Of a DNA stretch of 64,000 nucleotides, positions 25,730 to 38,200 are shown in pieces. Position 1 is the stretch's first letter, and the number at the start of each line of letters is the position of its first letter. The stretch covers positions 26,970,001-27,034,000 of the forward strand of contig CM022670.1 in the NCBI GenBank assembly GCA_012295275.1, given 5' to 3'. Under the pieces are notes generated by a model that saw nothing but the letters and a program-made list of their open reading frames with translations, ran no database searches and was not told where the DNA came from. The position numbers were made by a program, and so were the translations under genes. The stretch comes from Chrysomallon squamiferum (lineage: Eukaryota > Animalia > Mollusca).

Positions 25730-26886
25730 ATGTACATACATGCATACATACATACATACATACATACAGACACATCCATCACATATAAATGTTAACAAAT
25801 ATTCAGTTATGCTCACTTTACACAAAACAAATATACTGTATTCATTATACTCCAAACGAACATTATCTAATGGGTGAACAAACTTAGGTGAAGACTAGAA
25901 AAATTGTTTAATTACAATAAAGTAAATATAATTAATGTATACTTTTACACAATAATAATTTAATGGAGAAATAATCTTGACTTACTACAATATGTGTACA
26001 CTAAACATGTTTAAAATAAAATATTAAAATTTTAAAAGTTGTTATTACATGTACTTTGTTCATTAACAAATTCCCAAGCTTGCTCTTCTGTTGGAAATTT
26101 CTTATACTTTGGTTTTGGAAACCCTTTTACTTGCACCTCACATTCTGACCTGCAGAAGAAAGAAGAAAACAATATATATTTTATTATTTATTTTATTATT
26201 TATTTTATTATTATTATTATTATTATTATTTAAAATAAAAAAAAACACATTTTAAGTCTGAGGATATACTGCATTGTGCAGGCATTGAGGACTAACAACA
26301 TAATTTTTCAATTTGGTGTTCTTTTCCAAATTCAACAATAAGATATCTTTGACATGAACCTTCACATAAATGTTCTAAACATAACTGTAGGCAATAGTTG
26401 TATTGAGAAATAGTATAAATTGATGGGAATAGGTCCAAAACCAATTATAAACTTTTCGAGTCATCTCAGTGAACAACAAATATCGAAATAGTTAGATTTC
26501 TTGAGCATTTTTAATATTTACGTAAATGTAGAGGTAAACCGTATATGTAACTGATCAACCTCAAAACAGCTAATGCAAATAAGTAACATAAACAATCACC
26601 AGGACGGACTCAAGCTTAAACTCTAAATCTTGTCTAGTATTTAGTTGGAACCGTCGAAAAACTGTAGTATATTAGTATGCATGTATGATTTAATTCACTG
26701 TATCAGTATATGACAAGCTTAGGTTGGATGAGTTTCTACTAAAATCATAATTTATTAATTACAAGTGAACATTTCAACATACCATGATGTATATACACCT
26801 GGTTTTCGTCCGAACTTTACAGCATAAAACATATTCAGAAAATTTAATTTGCGACAAACTGAAATCATACATTTGAAAACATTCAT
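22758..26886 (-). CDS. RNASEH1: Ribonuclease H1 (366 aa)
   Basis: Exons (minus): 26886-26783, 26149-26055, 25578-25180, 24896-24779, 24359-24305, 23870-23786, 23435-23311, 22877-22758 (TGA); 1101 nt, all phases consistent. Hybrid-binding domain [45 protein letters not shown]. Catalytic DEDD residues in [20 protein letters not shown] and GNEAADALA. Confidence 0.97.
24535..24715 (-). mobile_element. Degenerate tRNA-derived SINE (MetaSINE-like) in RNASEH1 intron 4
   Basis: Minus strand shows Pol III A-box TAGCTGAGTGG and a decayed B-box GGATCTATCC. Next comes 'cagtgctctgcag...gcatggtatatactatcatgtttgtgggatgaaggttgtaaaagatcccttgc', which resembles the central Meta domain as I recall it (not database-verified). 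Confidence 0.65.
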
Positions 26887-27039
26887 AAAAGATAAATTTT
26901 CTTGCGAAAATCTAAAGAGAAAGTTGATAAAAATGTGTGATGAAACAGATTTTCCTGTTATGTTACGCCTTTATTGCAAGTAAATAGAATACGAAAGGGG
27001 GCCAGTCTCTTTCTTTTTTCATCGTCGCCATAGCCGAAG
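26887..27039. promoter_or_regulatory. Bidirectional RNASEH1/RPS7 promoter with TCT/5'TOP initiator and RPS7 non-coding exon 1
   Basis: Polypyrimidine tract TCTCTTTCTTTTTTC at 27006-27020 is a typical ribosomal-protein TSS. YY1-like CGCCAT at 27026 and donor CCGAAG|gtgtgt after 27039. The RNASEH1 ATG is ~120 bp away on the opposite strand. Confidence 0.75.
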
Positions 27040-28677
27040 GTGTGTGGTAGCACGATTACCTATGATCATTTTAAATATTACTTTAAAAATAAAATTATTT
27101 TACAAAACTAACAAGGATATCAATCAGATAATCATCCCTGTTACCATATATCATTTTAATATTTTATGATGGCTGCATATTTTCGCGATATTTGACGGAT
27201 TATTCCGTTGCTTATTAACCGGTAGTCTTGTGTTTTTGTAATGTAGAAATATAATTTGTTATTAATAATACCTAAAGAATTGCCAATGAATATAGAAGTA
27301 ACATTTATATTGATTAACATTAAGACCTCAAGTAAAAAAGAAAATAAATGTTTCGATGTAATGACCTTAGTTACATCAGAACATTCGTTTTCAATTTTGA
27401 TTCTCTCAAATCTCTGATTGAATATTTAAAGTAAACCACTATAAATATAATGACTTCTCAAACTGAAAGTCATTTCACCTATTCCGGAATAATAATTGCG
27501 TTATCTTGAATGTTTTTGTCATTGCATCAGAAACTCCAAACATTCTTGGCATAATATGTTGTTAATGTTTTCAAGTTAGTTTCATTATGATTCTAAATAT
27601 ATGTTGGTATGTTACAAAATTTTGAAAAATATTATTTTCCTAAAACATTATATATCATTAGAAAGAGTAAAACATGCGTAGTAAAATTACATCAAGATCT
27701 CTTTGATAGAATTGATATGAAATTTTATCAGAGTATAATTTATGGAGAAACTGATTCGTTTCATTCATTTTGCAATTAAACAATGAATATCTTATATAGT
27801 TTTAATCCAGAATACTTGTATTATAGAGGTAGCTAATAGAAATAATAATGATTTTTTTTTAATTAATCACACTAACTGGCTCAAATCTACCTTACACCTT
27901 AAATATGTAATTCTCAAAAATTCCAAAGAAATTAAACATTTTTCAAGACAAATGAATTGTAGGGGCCTTTACATATTCAAGCATTTTGCTAATCTTTTTT
28001 GCCAGTTAATTGCATTAATCAGTGTTAATTTTCTTATGCCTTCATTACACAGCTTTAACATTTCATAAAAATCAAACAAATATGCATGAATTATATCTGA
28101 AAATAGAGATTTTGATAGTTTAAGAAGCATCATGCCACATAATTACTGTCACTCTACAATTGAAACACTGAACTTGTAAGACATTGGCTATAGCTGCGTC
28201 AGTTGCTAAGAACATCACTCATTTTGGTATCCAAAAATAACTATCTGCTAAATATTTGTATGAAATTTGGCAGACTGAGATAATTGCATAATTTATGTAT
28301 GATTTAAGCTTACCTTGGACACATGACAACCATTTTGAAACAGTATAATTGTCTGTTGATTCTGTTTATCAAAGGTGACATGTCAAAAAACAAATACTGT
28401 GTTGAAGCTGAATATGTATATATATTTGTTGTTTTTGAAATGTAAAAATGATGTAACAAACACAGGTAGGGGAACCCTCTTCAAAATAAACAAAAACACG
28501 TCACAACAGACAGGCAATCTTCCACAACTGCACTTACATTTTTTGTCACTTACCTATATCATGATTATAATTACATTGGAATGATTAATATGAACTTCAT
28601 TATATGACTCATAATACAAACTGTATTAAATGTTAATCAAATATTTTAAAAATGACAAAATATTGATATGTTTGCAG

Positions 28678-31298
28678 ATGTATTCGGCGAGCATCAAGAT
28701 CGTGAAACCCCAAGGGGAAAAGCCTGATGATTTTGAATCATCAATTTCACAGGTAGGCATATATTTTTTCTGCACTTTTTTGAAGACTATGTCAAAACAT
28801 TGAGTGTTCTTCTGTAGAGACAAAAAAATTGTCCAACAAGCAGGTCCATTATATTGACATCACATTTTTATAGAACACTATTTTCAGATTAAATTTCTAA
28901 TACTGTTAATTCACTTAGTTTGATATATTTAAGAGATGTGATGTCTGCTCAACATTTGATAGTAGCATGGAATGTCAAGTTTTATGATAATCAGCTTAAA
29001 TTCTGTTTTGTAATGGGTGAAGTTCATTTTATGTGCAGTTAGAAAGGAAATTTGCTTTTATGTTATTAATATTTTGAAAAAAGATTTAATACATGCATAC
29101 TTCAATTGTATGCATTTTGTTAGTGAGAAAATTTAATTTTGGTAATGCACTGAACGATTAGTAATCTAGTCATTTTAAACAGCTTCAGTCCTTTCTGGTT
29201 GCACAGAAAATGTTTTCTTCCTGTTTTATCCATTTAAGAAAAAACATACAGTTTCAGCCAAATGTATTCTGTCTGGCAGCAATTTTGCGAATCTTAAAAA
29301 ATAAGATTTCTTATTTTTTTTGTCATCTGTTTTCAGATACTGATATACAAGATATTTTTAATAAACTGCAGAATATTCAGCAAAATTATCAAGAGGCATT
29401 CTGTAAACAATAAAACATGTAATTAATCTTTCAGGCACTTCTTGAACTGGAAATGAACAGTGACTTGAAGGCACAGTTACGTGAACTGTTTATTACAGGG
29501 GCAAAGGTATGTTGATACGCTGATAGTCTGTTTAGTTTTAGAAAAAACTTTTCCTTAAGTCTGTCAGTTTGTCCTTACAGTCAGTGTTGAAGGAATTGAA
29601 CATTAAAAATTAAAAATTCATGTATTTTTTGGGCAAACCAATAGGCTGTCACCATTACTGCTTCCTGCAGGTTTATTATACAACAGTGACTAAAAAGAGA
29701 AATTTATTAGAGGTAGCAGATGATACTCTGATAGGATTTATCCAGTAGTAATAAAATAGATGTTTGTACTATCAAAGAGAAATACGTCAGTGGTGGACTG
29801 TATTCTGTCCCAAAGGTATGACCATAACTAATTTTGATCCTGTATTTAAGATGCAAGTATTTTAAATTTTTGGTTGAAAAAGTATTTGTTTTACATGCCA
29901 TAGATTTAGAATTTCTATAATTATTTATTACAGGAAATAGATGTTGCAGGAAAGAAGGCTATCATTATTTTTGTGCCAGTTCCACAACTGCGAGCCTATC
30001 AGAAAATTCAGACAAGACTGGTTCGTGAACTGGAAAAGAAGTTCAGTGGAAAACATGTTGTATTTATAGCCCAGGTTTGAAATTTAACATAATTTTTACA
30101 GGACACCAAAGTGTCATTTCTTAATATTGATTACTTGTGTTTTTATTTTTAAAATTGGTTTTTATTACATTTTCATATATTAAATGGTTCACATATGATT
30201 ATATTTTTCCAAACTTAAAATACACCCAGACCTTTTTCCACAATATTGTAGCTACAGTTTCATGTATGTCCTATTTTTATTTTATAAATACTGTGAGATG
30301 GGCAAGATTACAGCTTATAAAGACTGTGATTGGTTTATAACAATTTGTTTCAGACACTTTTTATTGCTTTACTCTGGATGTTGTCAATTCATTCTGAATA
30401 ATTTTATTTTATTCTTTTATAAAAATATAATTGTATTGCCTCCACACAATTGTGTTTGTTTCTGAATTGTTGTTCAGACATTCACTTCACTTTTCAGAGA
30501 CGTATTCTACCAAAACCAACAAGAAAGAGCAGGACGAAAAACAAGCAGAAGAGACCCAGAAGGTGAACATAGTACATAAAGCCATGTAAAAAGCTGTAAA
30601 TTGTAATTATGCATTTCATTCAAGGTGTAGCCTTTTATTGAGCATTGGATTTCATGTGATGAAGATATGCCAAATGGATTTTTTTACATGTAAATTACAA
30701 CAAATTTATAAAATTTAAAAAAAATAATTTAAAATCCTTGTTTATAGAAAGACTGCATATTTACTATTAATTTTCAAGAATAATTGAAACTGTTTGCTAA
30801 GAGAAAAACTTATACTGTATACTTTTTTCCAGTCGTACATTAACTGCTGTACATAACAGCATACTGGAAGATCTCTGCTTTCCATCTGAAATCGTTGGCA
30901 AGAGAACACGAATCAAGTTGGATGGATCCAGGTTGATCAAGGTTCACTTAGACAAAACACAGCAAACAAACATTGAACACAAGGTACACATTTGTAACAG
31001 TTTGGCATTGTCCAATTTTTAAAGCTTTTGTTAGTTGCAATAAATATTAATTGAAACTCATTAACATATTGTATAACAAAAACATTTAAAAACTCATCCA
31101 GTAACATGGACAACTTTTTGTGTAAAAGGTGTTGTTCTGGCAGATAATCTTTCATGTTTATGAAATAATTTCTTTATCACTTTATTACTTTGTAAAACCA
31201 TTACTGTTTTTTTTTTTCAGTTGGACACCTTTGCCGCTGTTTACAAGAAACTGACTGGAAAAGAAGTGAACTTTGAATTTCCTGAGATTGTGCTGTAA
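28678..31298 (+). CDS. RPS7: 40S ribosomal protein S7 (eS7), 193 aa
   Basis: Exons 28678-28752, 29435-29506, 29934-30074, 30498-30562, 30833-30983, 31221-31298 (TAA); 582 nt. Translation [43 protein letters not shown]...[30 protein letters not shown]...[14 protein letters not shown]...[22 protein letters not shown] poly(A) signal at ~31303. Confidence 0.99.
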
Positions 31299-32487
31299 TA
31301 ATATTAAAATGATAAAGTGACAGTTACAAAAAATGTTTTTGTTTTTTTTATCAAAACATGCAAAACAAAACACATCCTAAGCCAGAACTTGAGAATTTTG
31401 AACATTTTCTTGCTGCAGAAAAGTTTTATCGTTAATATATTACTTTTCATAAAATTTCTGAAAATCATCTGAATGGGCTTTTTTTTTTGATCCACACCGT
31501 AATCATGAGTCCAGTTGTAAACCTCAGTACTGGTATTCACCATTCTTCGTTTGAGATGACTGCTTCATCAGATAATTTTATGAAATGACTGTTCTTTAAG
31601 TTTAAAATCTGTTATGTTAGATCACAAGAGGAAACAGGAAATGATTCATATCATTTGTTTTATTGGTAGCTTAATGAGAAGAATATTTTAGGTAAAAGAA
31701 GCTTGTTACTGGTAAGTGCTTTTGAATGCTCAACAAAATCTTGGCGTGAATGTTGAATCTTAAATTGTTATTCATTATTTTATACTATGCAAAACTTCAA
31801 CCAAAAAACAAAATGACAATAGTTAAAAATAAAATTTATTAAAATTTATTAAAATAGAATTGAAAAATAAACAGATTTAAATTGCACCAGTGCATAGAAT
31901 TTATTACTGTAATCCCAGCTGTTAGACATTTTCTACAAAAAACCAAGAAAGAATTTGCAATCTATTTACATACAGCTTGAACTTTGGTGAAATTTTAAAA
32001 TGCTTTCATAATGATCAGCATTTTTAATTACCCCAACAAGACTGTTTTAATTGGATTAAAATTACATAAAGATGTAGGAACATCTGATCATCACAAGAAA
32101 AATAATCCACAGAAATAAAGTAATTAAAAGACAAAATAATAATCACAATTTAATCACTTGTTTACTCTTTTGAAACTTACATTAGTCTGGCCTTTTCAGT
32201 CCATTAAAAACAATAGCTAAAATAATTTTTCTTATTTACAAATACTGATCAAAATAAATATGTCGAGTTGATATCACAGTATCATTTAACTTTCTTTTCT
32301 GAATGTTTCCTCATTTGGACACCTTTCTAAAATATCTGAAGGAGCCAAGTCGTTGGTTGAAGGGATAGTAGCTTGTTCAAAAGCTGCATTTAACTGAGTT
32401 TCAGGCACATTTACTGTAGCAGAGCGATCATTAACCAGAGATACTCTACTCAATTCTGTTGAAGAACTAGAGAGTGAAATGGCACTG

Positions 32488-35400
32488 TCAGTCTGGGTTA
32501 GGGGTGTGTCTGCAGAAGCTGGAAACCTCGTATTTTCTCCCTCTGCGTTTACCAAGAACATTAACATAATTAGCTGGAATCAGACCAGTTTTCTTTCCAT
32601 CAACACTAGCAAGAAGCCATCCTTTAACTGCTGGCTGAAGTTCTGAAGAAAAAAATAAGGCAAACAATCAACATTTTGGAGAAAAGTTGGCATATTTTTA
32701 AAATATTTGTTTTAATTAAATAATATAGACTGATAGTAAAAATATTAACTTCTACTTTGTCAGTATCTCTTCAAAATATAATACATCTTTTATTTTATTT
32801 TCAGAAATTGATTCCAGAGACAAGGCAAATCATAATTTCTGCTCTAATCACTAAACAATATTGCTATAAATGACTGAATTTGTCACCATAATAAAAACAA
32901 TGAAAGCATTATAAAAGAAATTTAACTGCTTTTCAACTATGATCAAAGAGGTCTTTATCTTAAATTATTATTTCCACATGGATGTTTTTAAGATGTTTTT
33001 CTTGGCATAACTTACAAAAGTTAAATTTTAAATAGAGTTGATGTTTTCTCACCTTTAGGAGCAATTATTATTGTCTGTCCAATTTTGAAAGGAATTTCAT
33101 TTTGTTGGTCAGTCTGGAAGTCAAATTTTGCTTGTGCAACAAAATGATCTTCCTCTGTTGTAGCCCACCCAATGTTTCCATTATCTGAAATAATAGAACA
33201 CAAAGGCTGCAAGATTTTGTTATTACCAAAACTTAAAATATATTAAAAACAGTTTATCATTAAGTAATAATAGTAATATTAATGATTTCTGTGTGATGAC
33301 AACAGACATTTGCTATCTGATTTATTTATTAATAACATATTTCTTGGTATATATGAACTGAAAACATCTGCACACCAACAAACCAGAAAGATTCTAGGAG
33401 AAAACACAAAGTTAAAACATATTTTTTATTTATCATTTAAACCCTAGTTTTTAAAATACTGACCAATATCTGCAAGAGAACGAATCAGTTTCCAGATAAG
33501 CCAAGGAGCCCCTAGAATAATTCCAAAAAACATCATGATTGGCCAGGCACTGTTTTTAGGTTTTGGTTCTCCAGGCATGGAGGAAGAACTTGCAGCATTT
33601 GCTGCTTCTTGCCATGCAGCTACTGCATAACCAGCAGGTCGTAACCGCAGGAACTCCAGCAGCTTTCTGTACATATACCTCAATGTCCTGATAATAGCTA
33701 AAGCAGAAAACACTGACACCATTTGTGTCTTGAGTCTGGAAAAGTTGTCAGCTACACCTAGAACAGCTCGGAATGAGTTATAAACAGCTTGGAATGAAGA
33801 ATCAAGCATCATGCCAACAGATGTAAAAGCATGAACGATACTCTCTATTGACTGAAAAGCTGGTCTTGAGCTTTCTTCAGCCTGTCTCACAAAAGTACTC
33901 ATTTGATCATTTCCATATCTGTTGTAGCCATAGCTGTTGAAGCCTCCACCAAAGCTGCTATATCCACTGTAACTGTTATATGGACTGCTGTACAATCCTC
34001 CGTAACTACCATATGGACTACTACTGTATGGGCTATAACCTAATCCAGCACCATAACTTGGTGTGTATCTGTTCATTGGATCATTGTGTCTTGGGGGAAG
34101 AGGTGGTGGACGTGTAGCTGCAGGCTGGGGAAGACCACTTGCTGCTGTTGACCCATCACAACATGAAGTTCTAGAAATAAAAGCAAAATTAAGATTTTAA
34201 AAAACTATCAGATATTTGTGTGCCTCATCATTTTATATTCTGTAAACATAAAGCCATCTTGAAGCTATGTGACAAAATATGTAAGTGTGTCTCTGCCAAA
34301 GGTCATCTGATTATTGTCAAGCATTTTTGCTTACCTTGAAGAGGGTTCACTCACCGGTATTTCTGTTTTGTCATTATTTTTATATAATTTCAAAAACAAA
34401 ATATATCATAATGTTGTATAACCATAAGCATCCAGCTTCATCACAGTATTCATTCTTTTGATATCATCTTTGATAACAACAGACAATCAACAGACAAATT
34501 TATCCTTTCAAAACGATCATGTGTTCATGATAAGCTTACTTGAGACTTTAAATCATATACAAATTACAAATTATACATTTCTCTCACACTCTGACACATT
34601 TCATACAAATATTTAGGGTAGCAGATAGTTAATTTTGTGTGGTGTTCTCAGCAAATGATGCAAACAAAAATGATGCAGCCACATCCTATGTCTTAGAGTG
34701 TTTCTTGTATTTGATTAAGTGACTTTGTATTTATGTGGTATAGGCTTCTAAACGTATCACAGACTCCATTTTCAGATATAATTCATGCACAATGGTTTGA
34801 TTTTTTATGAAATGTTAGATCTGTATTATAATGAATGCATATGGAAAATTATTACTAATTAATGCCATTAGTTAACTGGTAAAAATAAATGTTAGCAAAA
34901 TGCTTGAAAAATGACCTTAATTTCAATGGAGGTTTTGAAAATTACCTAAAATATAACTTGTAAGGTACATTTGAGCTAAATAATGCAATTAATTAATTAA
35001 AATTCATCAGTGTTAGCATCTTGTTGAAGAACACAGCTTCATTTTCATATATAATACTAAATACATGTATAATAATAATGGATTTGAACTATGAGATATT
35101 CAGTGTTTATGCTGCAAAATCATGAAAATGAAAGAAACGAATCAATTTCTCCACAGATGATATATGATGATGAATAATATCCTTAAATATTAATTGCGAT
35201 AAAAATTCTTTAATTGTTTTCATATCAATGCTGCCAAAGAGATCATGGTATCATTTAATTTGCGCTTTCTAATCAGTAATATTAGTAATATATGTTTATT
35301 GTTTTAGGAAAATAATATTTTTGAAAATTTTGTCACATACGTGACATAATAAAATAATTATGCATTTCCTAAATATGATTTATTTCACAGTCTAATTTTC

Positions 35401-35680
35401 TAATTTTCTAACACCGAAATTCACATGCTAACACCGAATTGGTTGTTCTGGTGAAAAATTGAAATTCTGGAAACCTCCACTCGATCATCGATGATCAACC
35501 TTTGGTCGAATTTTATATTGCAGTAAAGCATTACTTATTCTTATTTAGCTCTTCGTAGCAAATCATATCTCTGAAATATATTATATCATAAACTAACCCA
35601 GACATTGAACTGACAGGAAATGGAGCCTGATTTTGACAATTTACGCCAGCTCTTTCCCAAGGTTTCGCAGGTGCAGCCAT
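32488..35680 (-). CDS. PEX13: Peroxisomal membrane protein PEX13 (peroxin-13)
   Basis: Exons (minus): 35680-35598, 34170-33464, 33184-33053, 32642-32488 (TGA; 358 aa as written). N-terminal KPWE motif, Pro-rich stretch, YG-rich domain, AEESSRPAFQSIESIVHAF...SFRAVLGVA helix, TM WPIMMFFGIILGAPWLIWKL, and SH3 domain (AKFDF...GWLLASVDG...GLIPANYV). The true end may be 32286 if a frameshift is corrected (see findings). Minus-strand AATAAA near 31835-31850. Confidence 0.95.
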
Positions 35681-36343
35681 TCTTATGTTGTTTTCTTCTT
35701 CTTCTTTTTTTTCGAAAGAGAGACATCTACTCAAGAGAGATAACTCAATTTTCTCACTTAACCATTGACTTACTACTACATAACACTGCAGACGTGATAC
35801 TGAACAAAATAATTGGCGTTTGCTAAAGAGGTTGCAATTTATTCATTTATTACTGAAAAGAAATATAATAAACAATCTTTTAAATCCGAAATATTGACGA
35901 TTCAAATAAAATATAATTATATACAGTATTTCACATACAAACACACACACACACACAAAGACACACACTCTCTCTCATTCCTTCCTCAATATCCAACAAA
36001 ATATGCAGCCACGTAGATCTTGCACGTAATCAAGTTCTTAGATTAATAATAATAATAGTAATAATAATAAATCGTTATGTAATATTTAAGCTACAGTATG
36101 TGGTTAAGTAGTATGTAATAAATCAGTGGTGTTTTTTTATTTCATAGTTTATTGTATAACGATACGGAATTTAGATGTTTAACTCACCTTTAACCTTTAC
36201 TTAATTTCACTAAAAATACTTATAGAGGTGCGTTTAATAAACACAAAGGATTACAACACAAAATGATTTGATGAAGAATTAAATATTTTACGTCTTGTCA
36301 AAAGCTTTCCTTTTTTAATGTACGTAGGAAAAAGAAAATGAAC

Positions 36344-36376
<33 letters not shown>

Positions 36377-36477
36377 GATTACATGTGTGTATATATATAT
36401 TATTTGCTTTAGATATATTTGTGTTTCTATGTGTGTGTATATATGTTTAACAACAACGACAATAAATAATAATAATA

Positions 36478-36511
<34 letters not shown>

Positions 36512-37628
36512 AGATTAATTGTTCCGCCTAATATACAAATATATATATAATAAATTACATGTAATCTTTTAATTAGAAAGAGAACTTAATAATAACTGTT
36601 CAGATGAGAGAACTGACAAAACTGACATTAAAATTTAAAATGAGTATCCATTTATAATATTATTTAAAAAAAATTAAAAATAGGAATGTTTAATTTTATT
36701 ATTACTGTTATTATTATTATTATTATTATTTTTTTTTTTTTTTTCAGTAAACGAAAATATATAACATTTGAATTTCCAAGCATTAAGCATATATCAATTA
36801 CAAAAACGATTAAAACAGTTACAAAATATGTTTAACCTTGCAGCTGTTAGATCAAGATAACCATTACAGTGGATTAACATATATAATAAGAAATACAGGT
36901 ATATTCATAGTCAGCTTTCCCTAACAGCATGAACCAAATTAAAGCATGCGTTTTATTACACTTGTTCCAGAATTACGAGACAAAAGCGGAGTACCAAAAG
37001 GAATACGAAATTAACAATAGAATTCGACCCAGACTGTTCGTTTTATTGTTAAAACCGATAACACCAATTCACTGGATTTTTTTTTTTTTTTTTTTTTCAT
37101 TCAGGACGAGTAATTTTTATCGTCTGCAACTGAAAGTTGTCGTGACTCGTGCGTTTATTGCTGTGTATGTGTGTATGTGTGTATGCATGTGTGTGTATGT
37201 GTCTGTGTGTGTGTATCTGTCTGCGTGTATGCGTGTATGTATGTATGTGTGTGTGTGTGTTTGTGTGTGTTTATTTATCTTTTGAGAAGTCAACAGAGCA
37301 TGGATAAAAATTTTGACAGCCGACAAAAAAATCCAAACTACAAAAGCTGCTGATCTCGATTTTTATTACCCATATGAAACAATATTTTAAAAGAACACTT
37401 TTATAAAGTTTGTCATCATTTTGTTATGGTTACCGCCATAGCCACAATCATCACCATTACTACAACCTCCACCACTACTGCTACTACTACAACGTCTACT
37501 ATTACTAGCTACTTGAATAGTAGTAGTTGTTATTGTTTTTAATAAAATGATTACTATTTGAATTAAAATTATCCAGTTATCTTTTTCTTATTCATAACCG
37601 GTCTGCTTACGTGATATACCTGAAATTT

Positions 37629-37675
<47 letters not shown>

Positions 37676-38101
37676 TTTGTAGCAGACACGTACGTTTCTT
37701 GTAATCTCTTTATAATTTTAACCATTTACATGCAGCAGACGTATTTGTATATATAGCGGAATACTTTTACGAAAAATCATTAGTCATGTCAAACTAAGTT
37801 TTTGATTTATCAACAATTACATAAAAGGTTCAGTTGATAGGGGTCCCTATTGTAGCGTGAACATAAAGCGCTTTTTGATACGGGACACGGTGTAATGAGA
37901 TATACCTATGCAATGGAAATCTTTTTTTTCTTTTTTTCTTTTTTCAATTTTTTTTTTCAAGTTCGATACTGCATGCTAACGATAGAGGCTTAGCGTAAGG
38001 CATTTATCATGTCTTGCTTCAATAGATCCATATAAATCGAACGGATATCTATCGCGTCAGAGTCTATTGTTCCATTGTGTGCAGTCATAGATTGGATATA
38101 G

Positions 38102-38200
38102 ACACGAGTCTCTGAATGCTTTGGTGACCGGCCAGCGGAGATAGAAATTAGAATTGGACTTGCTAAAGGCGCTGTTAAATCCCTGGACCGAGTAGACAAC
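38102..38200 (+). mobile_element. Possible decayed RTE-clade LINE reverse-transcriptase fragment
   Basis: Translation GDRPAEIEIRIGLAKGAVKSLDRV resembles the 'EIxxRIGxA..a...L.r.w' segment downstream of RT in RTE-type LINEs; short and flanked by stops. Confidence 0.35.

Noticed and set aside
27040-31220. U17/SNORA73 snoRNA in RPS7 introns (hosted there in some vertebrates)
   Set aside because: I found no paired ATATTCCTA...AAACCAT...ACA signature in any intron; only an isolated AAACCAT near 31194.
35681-35734. Upstream extension of PEX13 in the ORF track (MSRCLSFEKKEEEENNIR)
   Set aside because: The conserved KPWE motif directly follows the ATG at 35680, which is in good context; the extension is probably 5' UTR.
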